This document shows positions 1 to 9,269 of a stretch of 36,397 nucleotides of DNA, in pieces. Under the pieces are notes generated by a model. It saw only the letters and a list, made by a program, of their open reading frames with translations. It was not told the origin of the DNA and ran no database searches. Positions within the stretch are counted from its first letter, which is position 1, and each line of letters starts with the position of its first letter. Source of the stretch: a virus. The translations under genes were made by a program, and so were the position numbers. Location of the stretch: UHGV virus genome UHGV-1376481; one strand, 5' to 3'.

Positions 1-30
1 ACAAAGAAGATGACAACAACGATGAAATGA
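1..30 (+). CDS. 3' fragment of an upstream ORF (ends TGA at 28-30)
   Basis: Open frame running in from the window edge and ending ...TKKMTTTMK*. Partial, function unknown. Confidence 0.25.
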   Translation, partial: TKKMTTTMK

Positions 31-49
31 AATTTTAGGAGGAGAAATA

Positions 50-361
50 ATGGACGAACTAATCACAAAAGTAGAGCAGTGGGCTAAAGACAAGGGACTG
101 GATCAAGCAGATCCAAAAGCACAGTTTTTGAAAGTAGCTGAGGAATTCGGGGAAATAGCTTCGGCGATGGCAAGAAGTAATGATGAACTATTTAAAGATA
201 GCGTAGGAGACGTTATCGTCACGCTGATTATCCTTTCCATGCAAAAAGGGACAAACGTACAAGAGTGTTTAGAAATGGCATACAACGAAATCAAAGGACG
301 CACAGGGAAAATGGTAGATGGTGTATTCGTGAAGTCGAGTGATTTGGAGGATGTGAAATGA
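50..361 (+). CDS. MazG-like nucleotide pyrophosphohydrolase (phage MazG family)
   Basis: 103 aa. The EEFGEIASA...D acidic helix pattern is typical of the all-alpha NTP-PPase (MazG) fold. RBS AGGAGGAG lies upstream of the ATG. Confidence 0.55.
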   Translation: MDELITKVEQWAKDKGLDQADPKAQFLKVAEEFGEIASAMARSNDELFKDSVGDVIVTLIILSMQKGTNVQECLEMAYNEIKGRTGKMVDGVFVKSSDLEDVK

Positions 362-588
362 AATACGAAATACCACTAAGTGAAGCGGGCATTCAAGCAA
401 TTATCAATGGTCGGGAGGTTAACATAGAACTTCCTGATGGTACTGAATTAGTCATCAGACAAAGTTATTTGAAAGATATGGCAGCTCCAGTATTAATTGA
501 TCGTTTTAACGTGACTGATTCTGTGGTAGAGAACCACTTAAAAGAATTTCGATCAAGTATAGACAACACTTTCAGATTAGGGAGTTGA
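358..588 (+). CDS. hypothetical protein
   Basis: 76-aa ORF. Its start overlaps the mazG stop (ATGA). SD GGAGGATGTG. Confidence 0.45.
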   Translation: MKYEIPLSEAGIQAIINGREVNIELPDGTELVIRQSYLKDMAAPVLIDRFNVTDSVVENHLKEFRSSIDNTFRLGS

Positions 589-594
589 TTGACA

Positions 595-798
595 ATGAAC
601 ACCAGACACCGCAGAGTAGCAAAACTAAGAAAACAGGAACTAAATGTACTAAAGACAAAGTTTGAAAAAGAATATGGAATTTCAGCAGAAGAAACATATA
701 AAGTGGCAAGTCAGTTTGTTGCTGATGCAAGTGATGCTATTCGTAAGTTTGGGATTTCGATATTAAATGATGATCGTAAATGGGAGGAAATGAGATGA
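595..798 (+). CDS. hypothetical protein (start ATG 595 preferred; TTG 589 possible)
   Basis: ORF in series with its neighbours. AGGGAG SD at 579-584. Confidence 0.4.
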   Translation: MNTRHRRVAKLRKQELNVLKTKFEKEYGISAEETYKVASQFVADASDAIRKFGISILNDDRKWEEMR

Positions 799-1094
799 AA
801 CTAAAAGACGGATTTTACGCTAGTAGTCACGGCATCGGCGGTTTAATGCTAGATATGCCGACAAAGAACCCTAAAACACGTAAGAAACCAAAAGTCAAAG
901 TCGGTGACATGGTTCGCTGTGAAGCAGAAGAGTTCATTTATCCGTTTCGTGGATATGTAGAACACGTCTATAATCACTCAGCGATCATTCGTATTGAAAA
1001 CACAATGGAATGCGATAAGTGGTTAGCGAAAAGCAAAGAGAATTTAGCTGTAGCGAGATTGGTGGATATGGAGGTTATAAACAATGAAGTTTAA
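795..1094 (+). CDS. hypothetical protein
   Basis: ORF 780-1094. The internal ATG at 795 is preceded by GGGAGGA, so this is the likely start. Confidence 0.45.
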   Translation: MKLKDGFYASSHGIGGLMLDMPTKNPKTRKKPKVKVGDMVRCEAEEFIYPFRGYVEHVYNHSAIIRIENTMECDKWLAKSKENLAVARLVDMEVINNEV

Positions 1095-1248
1095 AATCTT
1101 TGAAGAGGACACTCGTTATAAATTAGAAAAAGAATTAAACGATTTTGCGAAAAACAATGAGATTCAGCATATATCTTTAGCAACTTCTAAGAGAGGTTAT
1201 GCAAATTACTATGCAGCTGTTGTGAGCTATGTAAGTCGAGAAGTGTAA
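1084..1248 (+). CDS. small hypothetical protein (54 aa), translationally coupled
   Basis: ATG 1084 overlaps the end of the upstream ORF (aacaATGaagtTTAA). Uninterrupted 54 codons, not in the supplied track because it is under 60 aa. Confidence 0.3.
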   Translation: MKFKIFEEDTRYKLEKELNDFAKNNEIQHISLATSKRGYANYYAAVVSYVSREV

Positions 1249-1333
1249 CTCGGCAAATAAAAAAAGCCGGATCGCTCCGACTGATTCAATAAATCCAACA
1301 CATTTATTATATCACATAAAGGAGCGGTTTGAC

Positions 1334-1750
1334 TTGATGCAATTGTTACGAGAGGTAGATTTCAAACAGACAAGATGTAATGCGAGAGATGTGCTGAAGA
1401 ACTTTCGGCGTTTGGAGCGGATGGCAGGTCGCTCTTTGATAGATATTAAGTCGCCGATTATTACGGATATGCCGAAGGCACCGAAGCACGGCAATAAGGC
1501 AGAAGACGCGATCATTCAAATGATGGATATAGAAGCGGAGAGAGACGCGATTCTAGCGGCTTTGATGGCTCTTAGTCTGATTAGTCGTCAGATACTCTAC
1601 TACAGCTTCTGTGTGCCAGACAGCTTCTCAAACTACAGAATTAGCCGTGAAGTGGGTTATTCAGAAAGAAGTATACAACGGATGAAATCGGAAGCTCTAA
1701 TAGAGTTTGCAGAAGCATATAAACACGGAAGAATAATTGCTTATAAATAG
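1334..1750 (+). CDS. arpU: ArpU-family phage late-gene transcriptional regulator
   Basis: 138 aa. The N-terminal RDVLKNFRRLERMAG region and C-terminal sigma region-4-like HTH (YSERSIQRMKSEAL) match the ArpU family. It lies immediately upstream of the packaging module. Confidence 0.6.
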   Translation: MMQLLREVDFKQTRCNARDVLKNFRRLERMAGRSLIDIKSPIITDMPKAPKHGNKAEDAIIQMMDIEAERDAILAALMALSLISRQILYYSFCVPDSFSNYRISREVGYSERSIQRMKSEALIEFAEAYKHGRIIAYK

Positions 1751-1762
1751 GGGGACCATATA

Positions 1763-2149
1763 ATGTGGAAAGATTATGTATCGTTGAAAGAGTTGAAAAA
1801 AGATCTTGTTTTCAAAAGAATTGTAGAATGGTCAGAGAGTGAATTAATTTTAGAAGATGGAACCAAAATGGAAGTTGTATGTAGCGAATCAGATTGCTGC
1901 GCATGGGCCGAAGGTGAATTCAAAAATGTAAAGCTTGATGCAGTGATTACAGATATAAAGATTTTTGATAAAGGTAACCGTCTCTATAATGGTGACGGAC
2001 ATACCTCTTATGCTGAAGTCGTTGTTTATCATAATCGTAATGAGATCGCTAAAGCAGAATGCACAGCGAATGATGGGAATGGCGGCTACTATTATAGTGT
2101 TTGTGCTTTAAAGGTCAAAGACAAACTTTGTATAGTGACTGACGCATAA
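1763..2149 (+). CDS. hypothetical protein (Cys-rich, 128 aa)
   Basis: ORF with a GGGGGACC SD. Conserved position between ArpU and the packaging region. Confidence 0.45.
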   Translation: MWKDYVSLKELKKDLVFKRIVEWSESELILEDGTKMEVVCSESDCCAWAEGEFKNVKLDAVITDIKIFDKGNRLYNGDGHTSYAEVVVYHNRNEIAKAECTANDGNGGYYYSVCALKVKDKLCIVTDA

Positions 2150-2154
2150 AAAAA

Positions 2155-2187
2155 TGGCGGTTTTTTGGCGGAATGATGGCGGTTTTT
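2155..2187. repeat. direct repeats ATGGCGGTTTTT (x2) with a third GGCGG between them; candidate cos/pac-associated repeats
   Basis: Copies at 2155-2166 and 2176-2187, with TTGGCGGAATG between them. Lies in the 550-bp non-coding gap upstream of terS. Confidence 0.35.
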
Positions 2188-2296
2188 AGCCATTTATCAG
2201 TGATATTATGGTAGTGTCGAAAGATTAGTGATAGGTCTGAGACAAAATAATAATAAAAGGAACATCGTTTTATTATTGTTTCACAATTAAGCTTCG

Positions 2297-2385
2297 ATAG
2301 ACAGCAACGGAAATATTAAGAATAAGGATGTGAATTTTAACTCCTTCTAAATTGTTCTTATTATCTATCATCCGTTGCTGTCTAT
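2297..2385. repeat. 15-bp inverted repeat (ATAGACAGCAACGGA / TCCGTTGCTGTCTAT) with 59-nt spacer
   Basis: Arms at 2297-2311 and 2371-2385. Non-coding region upstream of the terminase genes. Confidence 0.4.
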
Positions 2386-2470
2386 TGTTACATACAGATC
2401 GCTTAGGCGGTCTTTTTATTTTGGCCGAAAACCTACATTTTCGATGGCCGATTATTGGAGGAGGAATAGC

Positions 2471-2548
2471 ATGTTCAAACTATCTGAAATCATTAAGAAG
2501 TCCGACGTTGAGAAATTAGAGATGTTAAAAAAGAAGTTGAAGAAATAG
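2471..2548 (+). CDS. tiny ORF (25 aa, MFKLSEIIKKSDVEKLEMLKKKLKK)
   Basis: Strong SD GGAGGAGG 6 nt upstream of the ATG. A flanking hairpin GGCCGAAAA..TTTTCGATGGCC (2423-2449) precedes it. Could be a leader peptide. Confidence 0.2.
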   Translation: MFKLSEIIKKSDVEKLEMLKKKLKK

Positions 2549-2699
2549 CAGTCTCTTCGTGAGGCTGTTTTATTTTGCTCACAAAAATAGACCACTATCG
2601 GGTAATAGTGGTCAGGAATTAAATGAAAAAGATGTTAGGGTTGTTAGCTAAGTATAACATCATAACGCTTACAAAACAATGCAAGAAGGATAAATTATT

Positions 2700-2924
2700 A
2701 TGAGAACTTACTGGTATGTGTCATTAAACAATAAATATCCGAAGCCAATGAAAGGACAGCATAGGCGTGTAGTCATGTCTGTTCAAATGAAGGCGAAGTA
2801 TTCGATTGTAGAAATGATCAGAGAGGCAACGCCAGTAGAGATTGATTATTGCAAGCTAGTCTATTGTGGGTGCGGCCGTTGGAAAGAGGATCATGTACAA
2901 AAAAATATCAGCAAGTACATATAG
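2700..2924 (+). CDS. hypothetical protein (74 aa, Cys/His-containing)
   Basis: ORF immediately upstream of terS. No convincing HNH motif. Confidence 0.4.
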   Translation: MRTYWYVSLNNKYPKPMKGQHRRVVMSVQMKAKYSIVEMIREATPVEIDYCKLVYCGCGRWKEDHVQKNISKYI

Positions 2925-2941
2925 AGAGGCGGTGATTAAGG

Positions 2942-3370
2942 ATGGAAAAAAGCGATACGAAAGCGAACAGATACAAACCTACTGCTGCAGAGAAAAAACT
3001 CTTGGAAGTATTGATAAATCCAGATAACTTAGGCAAACCGGTGCAAGAGTTGTGTTCACTGGCGAAAATAGGTAGGACCAAATATTACGACGCCATGAGC
3101 AAAGATGGCTTTGTTGATCTAGTTAACGAAACAACAATGGATCTGATCAAAGGAAAAGCTTCTGATGTCCTTAATGCCACTTACAAGTATGCATTGACTG
3201 AAAAAGGTCATCAGGATAGGAAAATGATTCTGACTATTGCTGGAATCTATGCAGACAAACAAGAACTCAAACATTCTGGCGGCGTCGATATCCGAAAACA
3301 GTATGAGAAAATGTCCGATGAAGAATTAGAAGAGTTGGTGAAACGGTATGAAAAAATCAACGACTCTTAA
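2942..3370 (+). CDS. terS: terminase small subunit
   Basis: 142 aa with an N-terminal HTH-like region. Overlaps the terL start, which is the canonical position. Confidence 0.65.
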   Translation: MEKSDTKANRYKPTAAEKKLLEVLINPDNLGKPVQELCSLAKIGRTKYYDAMSKDGFVDLVNETTMDLIKGKASDVLNATYKYALTEKGHQDRKMILTIAGIYADKQELKHSGGVDIRKQYEKMSDEELEELVKRYEKINDS

Positions 3371-4766
3371 TCGTGTTGAGTATGCCGTTGTTCAAAGAGA
3401 GCTAGCCATTCGAAAAGCTAGGAAAAGTTTTTGGCTATTCTGCCAGCTTCTTTATCCAGAGTTTTACAAAGATGATCGGTTGTATTTGAAAGATTTATGT
3501 CATACGCTACAAGATTTTTACGAAGATAAAATCGACAAAAAAATTTTGGTTATTAACATGCCGCCTCGACATGGGAAGACTTTTACAGCGCGGCTATTCG
3601 TTTTATGGATGTTTGGACAAAATCCAAAGACGAAAATTATTACCGGATCTTATAACCAAATCCTGTCATCTTTATTTGCGCAACAAACACGTGATGGAAT
3701 CATGGTTGAAAACGAAAATGTTAAGGCTGAATACTTTAAAGATATTTTTCCAGAGGTGCAAATCAAATATGGAGATGCTGCAAAGGGTTTCTGGTCTTTA
3801 GATGGTTCAGAAGAAAAGAATTATTTAGCGACTTCTCCTGGTGGAACATCCACTGGTATTGGCGCGAATTATGTAATTGTTGATGACATCATTAAAACCG
3901 CAGAAGAAGCCTATAACGAGCGTGTTTTAGATTCTCACTGGGAATGGTATAACAACACGTTGGCCCAACGAATGGAACGGCCACGTAAACAGATATTGAT
4001 TATGACACGTTGGTCAAGTAATGATTTAGCCGGAAAAATGTTGACGAGACGAAAAAATAATGTTCATCAGATCTGTTATAAAGCAGTACAAGAAGACGGC
4101 TCGATGTTGTGCAACGAGATTATGACCCACGATGAGTACTTAGATGTGGTACAAGAAATGAATGTAGATATTGCAGAAGCCAACTATCAGCAAGAACCAA
4201 TTGACCAAAAAGGCAGGCTATATCAGAAGTTTCTTACTTATGATACGTTGCCTGATAACATTATCAAAATATGGAACTACACCGACACCGCCGACAAGGG
4301 TGCCGATTACTTTGCGTCTCCTGTTTTTGCTGAGACGTCTGATCATGATGCTTATATTATCGATGTCATGTATACAAAAGAGCCGATGGAAACAACTGAA
4401 ATAGCCCACGCTAATATGATTATTCGCAATCGAGTTAATAAGGTACGGATTGAAGGAAACAATGGCGGGCGTGGATTCAGAAGAAATTCAGAAAGAATTA
4501 CAAAAGAGCGAGGCTATCGAGGTGCAGTATTTGAAGACTTTCATCAATCGGATAATAAACTGTCTAGAATACTGGCGAATAGTGCTTGGGTGGAAAATCA
4601 TGTTTACTATCCAGATGATTGGGCGACACGTTGGCCGGACTTTTATGAGGCTATGGTTAGTTATCAACGTGAAGGTAAGAACGCTCATGATGATGCTCCG
4701 GATGCAGTTACAGGAATTGCAGAAACGATTATAGAAGCAGATGACTTCGAGTTTATTGCTTATTAG
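3348..4766 (+). CDS. terL: terminase large subunit (ATPase + nuclease)
   Basis: 472 aa. Walker A-like MPPRHGKT, Walker B YVIVDD, and a C-terminal acidic nuclease region. Confidence 0.85.
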   Translation: MKKSTTLNRVEYAVVQRELAIRKARKSFWLFCQLLYPEFYKDDRLYLKDLCHTLQDFYEDKIDKKILVINMPPRHGKTFTARLFVLWMFGQNPKTKIITGSYNQILSSLFAQQTRDGIMVENENVKAEYFKDIFPEVQIKYGDAAKGFWSLDGSEEKNYLATSPGGTSTGIGANYVIVDDIIKTAEEAYNERVLDSHWEWYNNTLAQRMERPRKQILIMTRWSSNDLAGKMLTRRKNNVHQICYKAVQEDGSMLCNEIMTHDEYLDVVQEMNVDIAEANYQQEPIDQKGRLYQKFLTYDTLPDNIIKIWNYTDTADKGADYFASPVFAETSDHDAYIIDVMYTKEPMETTEIAHANMIIRNRVNKVRIEGNNGGRGFRRNSERITKERGYRGAVFEDFHQSDNKLSRILANSAWVENHVYYPDDWATRWPDFYEAMVSYQREGKNAHDDAPDAVTGIAETIIEADDFEFIAY

Positions 4767-4777
4767 GAGGTGGGTCT

Positions 4778-6313
4778 TTGTTTTATTCTGGAATCACATT
4801 GAAAAAATACAAACGTTTAAGAACGAAATATTCAACGCAAATCGAAGAAGGATTATTCGATCCTAACGCTTTTATGGAAGATATGAAACCCTTTTTCGAT
4901 GATCGAGAAAGAAAGTATCTTGCTTATACTAGCGAGAAAAACGAGATCGACAGTCGTGAGAAACCAAAAACAAAAATCATTAAGGTCAATAACAAGATTC
5001 ATGCGGGAATGTATTCAGTGGTCGTTGATCAAGCAGTTAACCATTTCACAGGAATACCAATTAAATGGGATTATGATGTTTCGGAACAGAAAAGGACATT
5101 CATTCAACGAATGAGAGACAAATTACTGGGTAATGATATCAGCGCCCCTTCTACCCCAGAAGAATTTGAAACACTCACGAGACAATTAAGTACTATGCGG
5201 TTTGGAATGTTAGACCCCGATACTGCAACATTTCAAGGAGCGACAGGGCTTGCTTTCAGATTACTGGAGCCTGTTGAGACAAATGATGGTTGGGAACTAA
5301 GAGCAAGCAACATTGAGCCGTGGAAAGCTGAAAAGTACGAAAACGGCGCAGTGTACATTAAAGAGAAATACGATCCATATCAAAAGAAGTTTTATGAAGA
5401 GATGAAGGTTGTCACGCCGAAATCAATATTTACTTATGCTCGATATACTGATTACCCTGGCACGGTACAAGGAGCATTTAAAACGCTGGGTAATGTTCCT
5501 AATCCTTTAGGCGTTATCAATCTTACGGAGTTTAAAAACAATACAAACCGTTACTGTGACTTTGAAGTTGCAGAGGAGATTAGTGATGCTATTGATCGTG
5601 TTTTATCTGATCAGCAGAACGAGATTGAACAATTCAAGTTAGCTTATATGCTGATCACTGGGGCAGATTTGTCCGAGGATAAAGCCAAGAAGATGATGGA
5701 GCAACTAGGGATCATCAATCTGAAAGACCCTAATGCGAAAGCCGGCTACGTGACAAAGGATCTACAAAAGGATTTCAACGAGTATCATTTTGATCTTCTT
5801 AAAAAGCAATTCTACACGGTGTGTAAAGCAATTGATTTCAATGACGAAGTCTTTAAGTCGAATAGTTCTGGGGAAGCCCGAAAGTGGCAAATCATTAGTT
5901 TAGAAGCTAAGACAAATACCAAAGAACAGTACTTTCGAGAAGGATTGAAAGAGTGTGCCGAGGTTATGGCTGCTTATTTGGATTTTGCCGAGAAAGTTAC
6001 AATTGATCCGGAAAAGATCATTTTCACCTTCTCTCGTTCGCTTCCAACAGATTTAAGCTACCTAGCTGAGGCATTGCCTAAGTTGGCACCATACGTTTCT
6101 AAGAGGACGATTCAAAGTCAGATCCCGTTCGTCACAGATGTTGATTATGAAAACGAAATGATTGACGTCGAAAGCAGACAATCTTACCCAGACGGCGAGT
6201 ATGGAGGTGGCATCGTTGAGTCAAATAGAAACGAAGTACTGGACCAAACGTCGAGAACTGGAAGATTTAGCAAGACTCAAAATGGAAAATCAAACGCTAA
6301 AGAAACTAAGTAG
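4778..6313 (+). CDS. portal protein
   Basis: 511 aa (TTG start after AGGAGGTGG), immediately after terL. Size and position fit an SPP1-type portal. Confidence 0.75.
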   Translation: MFYSGITLKKYKRLRTKYSTQIEEGLFDPNAFMEDMKPFFDDRERKYLAYTSEKNEIDSREKPKTKIIKVNNKIHAGMYSVVVDQAVNHFTGIPIKWDYDVSEQKRTFIQRMRDKLLGNDISAPSTPEEFETLTRQLSTMRFGMLDPDTATFQGATGLAFRLLEPVETNDGWELRASNIEPWKAEKYENGAVYIKEKYDPYQKKFYEEMKVVTPKSIFTYARYTDYPGTVQGAFKTLGNVPNPLGVINLTEFKNNTNRYCDFEVAEEISDAIDRVLSDQQNEIEQFKLAYMLITGADLSEDKAKKMMEQLGIINLKDPNAKAGYVTKDLQKDFNEYHFDLLKKQFYTVCKAIDFNDEVFKSNSSGEARKWQIISLEAKTNTKEQYFREGLKECAEVMAAYLDFAEKVTIDPEKIIFTFSRSLPTDLSYLAEALPKLAPYVSKRTIQSQIPFVTDVDYENEMIDVESRQSYPDGEYGGGIVESNRNEVLDQTSRTGRFSKTQNGKSNAKETK

Positions 6314-7271
6314 TGTCTTTCCTGATGCGTTGAAAGAAATTCAAGCGGAGTTATTATCCCAAGCTGATTTACACGATATTACCTATGCTGAGATGATGGA
6401 ATTTTATAGTACAAGTGATCAGAAAAAATATCGTGAATACGTTGAAAAGAACTACAAATCACTGAAGATGTATGATGCAAAATACAAAGAGTTCATCGAA
6501 GAATACTTTCCTTCTTTCGACTACGCCAAAGTGAATCGGCTGCTTCAAATGAGGTCAGATATTTTTCGAATTCTTGCAGAGAGTGCAATAGATGCAGATG
6601 TGAATAAATATTTTTCGGATCGGTTAGAAGATATCTTGCAACGTTCGTATGTATCAAACGCAAACGTATTTGCCCAGATTTTGAACGTAGATTTGCCGAA
6701 TTACTTATCAAAGGAAGAACTTGAACGTTACCTGAACTATCCTTGGTCAGGTAAGACATTCTCGCGTCGTTTATGGGGCAATATTTCATCTCTAGAACAA
6801 AAGCTATCTAACGCCATTACAACTAGTGTAGCAAGTGGCGAAGGAGTTCTCGTGGCATTACGAACAATGCGAGAAGACCCAGAAATATGCGATATGTTCA
6901 AAAGGGAGGAATCGAAGTACAACAAGGCGATCGAAAATCTTGTGAGAACAGAATACGCTAAATTCGCTCAAGATGGTATTGAGAAATCTTATATTGAAAC
7001 TGGCGTAGACGAATACAATGTCTTAACTGCAAAAGATGAAAAGGTATGTTCAATATGCGGTGGCAAAGCAAAGAACAACCCATACAAGTTGAGTGAAGCG
7101 ATCATTGGTGAGAACCGTGCGCCTTTTCATGGCCGATGCAGATGTACAGATGTTCCTAATATGCCGAAATTAGGAAAAGATATTGACGAAGAGTATGAGC
7201 GTTTATTTGGCGATTTATTAGATGAGTTTGCACATGATTCTTTTGGAATTAATTTGAAACGGAGGAAGTAG
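6162..7271 (+). CDS. minor head protein (SPP1 gp7 / Mu F-like head morphogenesis)
   Basis: 369 aa following the portal. The 5' 150 nt overlap the portal in another frame, so the true start is probably an internal ATG (6198 or 6282). Confidence 0.6.
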   Translation: MTSKADNLTQTASMEVASLSQIETKYWTKRRELEDLARLKMENQTLKKLSSVFPDALKEIQAELLSQADLHDITYAEMMEFYSTSDQKKYREYVEKNYKSLKMYDAKYKEFIEEYFPSFDYAKVNRLLQMRSDIFRILAESAIDADVNKYFSDRLEDILQRSYVSNANVFAQILNVDLPNYLSKEELERYLNYPWSGKTFSRRLWGNISSLEQKLSNAITTSVASGEGVLVALRTMREDPEICDMFKREESKYNKAIENLVRTEYAKFAQDGIEKSYIETGVDEYNVLTAKDEKVCSICGGKAKNNPYKLSEAIIGENRAPFHGRCRCTDVPNMPKLGKDIDEEYERLFGDLLDEFAHDSFGINLKRRK

Positions 7272-7272
7272 A

Positions 7273-7590
7273 ATGAAAGATTTTTTTGAAGCAGTACTAA
7301 CAATTAATGTAAATGCTGATATTGCAGAAGCCTACAAAACAGCTATTGAGTCTGAGAACCATCCTAATGGCTTGAGAGACCATTGGAATGGCAATTATGC
7401 CTACGTGGTTATTGGCGATCAAACTGTTAATTATCAAGATAATACTCCAGTTGATAAGAATACCGTTAATTTAACGATTCAATTATTATCTCATTCATTA
7501 CCAAATTTAAAAGAAACAGTTGATTGGTATGAAAAGATGGGATGTATTGTTGTTAGAACTGACTACAAAGAAGGAAAGTCTAGTAATTAG
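7273..7590 (+). CDS. hypothetical protein
   Basis: 105-aa ORF with a GGAGGAAG SD. Confidence 0.45.
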   Translation: MKDFFEAVLTINVNADIAEAYKTAIESENHPNGLRDHWNGNYAYVVIGDQTVNYQDNTPVDKNTVNLTIQLLSHSLPNLKETVDWYEKMGCIVVRTDYKEGKSSN

Positions 7591-7650
7591 GCTTTTTTAT
7601 TTTGTCCGAAATGACGTTAAACTAGCGCAATACTGGGCTTGGTTGAATGG

Positions 7651-7708
7651 TGGGGCGCAACTATTAAAACTCAAAGCAATGCGGGGCGTGAAAACGAATC
7701 GTGGGGCG
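7651..7708. promoter_or_regulatory. three direct repeats of (T/C)GGGGCG in the scaffold/capsid leader
   Basis: TGGGGCG 7651-7657, CGGGGCG 7682-7688, TGGGGCG 7702-7708. Each sits in a similar context AAT(G/C)GTGGGGCG.AA, and they are GC-rich islands in AT-rich DNA. Confidence 0.3.
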
Positions 7709-7722
7709 AAAGGAGAATGAGC

Positions 7723-8340
7723 ATGAAACACAAATCATTAATGCCAATGAATTTGCAATACTTTGCCGAAGGTGACGATCAAAAGTTTTCTTTTGATGAC
7801 TTCAAATCTTTTGTGGAATCCAATGAAGAAGCTCAAAAATTTATTCAGTCACAATCTCAAAGTGTTGCCGACAAACAATTGGAAGCTTGGAAACAAAATA
7901 ACTTAGATAAAATTAAACAGGATACCATCAAGGAATATGAGGAATCTAAGAAAAACAAGTCACCTGAGCAAATTCAACTGGAAAAACTACAAGCTGAATT
8001 TGAAGCAGAAAAAGCGTTGCGTGTGACAAGTGATAATAAAGCATTTGTTGCAGAACAAATTGCTGGATTAGAACTAGATGGAGAGTTAAAAGAGTCTATT
8101 TCTCAATTTATGCTAAATAATCTTGTTAGTTCGGATACAGATTTCACTAAGAATGCTGTTGAAGGTTTTACAAGTGTCTTGAATGCAATTAATGAGAAAC
8201 ATGCAGATGCATTAAAAGAACTACAAATGAAGTCTGCATTTGGTGGAACTCAACAATCGAATAACCAGGTTCAGCAGAACAATGAAACATTAACAAATCC
8301 AGAAGAACAATTAGGACAAATTCTTCAACAATTTAACTAG
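7723..8340 (+). CDS. scaffolding protein
   Basis: SD AAAGGAG 7709-7715 with ATG at 7723. The N-terminal MNLQYFAE motif is common in Firmicutes phage scaffolds. Acidic, Q/E-rich and coiled-coil, immediately upstream of the major capsid gene. Confidence 0.6.
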   Translation: MKHKSLMPMNLQYFAEGDDQKFSFDDFKSFVESNEEAQKFIQSQSQSVADKQLEAWKQNNLDKIKQDTIKEYEESKKNKSPEQIQLEKLQAEFEAEKALRVTSDNKAFVAEQIAGLELDGELKESISQFMLNNLVSSDTDFTKNAVEGFTSVLNAINEKHADALKELQMKSAFGGTQQSNNQVQQNNETLTNPEEQLGQILQQFN

Positions 8341-8354
8341 GAGAGTGAAAAATT

Positions 8355-9245
8355 ATGAAAAAAACATCTTTAAATAATTTAGAGTATTTGGATATTTCAC
8401 CAGCGATTAATGCTATGCAAGTACCAAATACACCTTTTTTAAGCTATTTATTTGGTGCTGGAAAAACAGAGCCAGCAAACTCGACAGAAATTAAATGGCG
8501 TGAATATGATATCAACAACGATGATTCTTCTGAAAAACTTGAGGGCGGAGAATATCCAGATGCTGAATCAGGTCGAACTTGGTTTAACAACTATACTGAA
8601 ATTTTTAGAAAATCAACCTCTGTATCTGGTACATTAGATGCTATTAATGTGAATGGAGTCGGAAATGAATTAACTAATCAAGTAGCACTACGTGGTATGG
8701 AAATGAAAATTGATTTGAACCGAAAATTGATTACTGGTGTAAAAGCTGATGAAAATGGTTCTAAAGGTCGTCGAATGAATGGGATTTTGAACTTGATCAA
8801 TTCAGCAAATAAGGCAGAAACAGCCACTGCGGGTGCAGTAACAAGAAAAGATATCGATACTTTATTTAAATTGATGTATGAAAAAGGTTATATGGGAGAA
8901 AAACTATGCTTGATTTCTCCAGATATGCAGGAGTTAATGACTGATGAGTTAGATGGAAAATCAACAAAAATTGTTCAGTTCGGGGAAAGAGTAACTTTTG
9001 GATTGCAAATTGGAAATATCGTGTCTAATTACGGTACAGGTATTGCTCTACTAGAACCATCATTGCCAAAAGGAACAATTGCCGCAATCGATACTAATTA
9101 TGTGAAACTACGTCCATTACGTGAATGGAGAGCAGAAGAACTTGCAAAAACAACGGATTCTAGACGTATCGGTCTTGTAGGTGAATACTCTCTTGAATAC
9201 AATGCTTCAAACTCTGGGGCAATTTTAAATTTAAAGTCTGAATAA
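8355..9245 (+). CDS. major capsid protein
   Basis: 296 aa following the scaffold and followed by a strong terminator. Confidence 0.65.
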   Translation: MKKTSLNNLEYLDISPAINAMQVPNTPFLSYLFGAGKTEPANSTEIKWREYDINNDDSSEKLEGGEYPDAESGRTWFNNYTEIFRKSTSVSGTLDAINVNGVGNELTNQVALRGMEMKIDLNRKLITGVKADENGSKGRRMNGILNLINSANKAETATAGAVTRKDIDTLFKLMYEKGYMGEKLCLISPDMQELMTDELDGKSTKIVQFGERVTFGLQIGNIVSNYGTGIALLEPSLPKGTIAAIDTNYVKLRPLREWRAEELAKTTDSRRIGLVGEYSLEYNASNSGAILNLKSE

Positions 9246-9247
9246 AA

Positions 9248-9269
9248 GGGAGTTAGTACTCCCTTTTTT
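9248..9269 (+). terminator. rho-independent terminator after the major capsid gene
   Basis: GGGAGT-TAGT-ACTCCC hairpin followed by TTTTTT. Confidence 0.65.

Noticed and set aside
2700-2924. Possible HNH endonuclease upstream of terS
   Set aside because: Cys/His residues are present but the H-N-H spacing and flanking CxxC pairs are not convincing. Left as hypothetical.
3571-4734. Several 60-95-aa ORFs on both strands inside terL (3571-3801, 4171-4404, 4218-4409-, 4450-4734, 4488-4688-)
   Set aside because: All lie in alternative frames or antisense within a well-supported terminase gene. No SD and no independent evidence.
7520-7722. ORF 7520-7720 and the 5' extension of the scaffold ORF from 7639
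   Set aside because: They overlap the GGGGCG repeat leader without an SD. The scaffold start at 7723 has a proper SD and the MNLQYFAE N-terminal motif.
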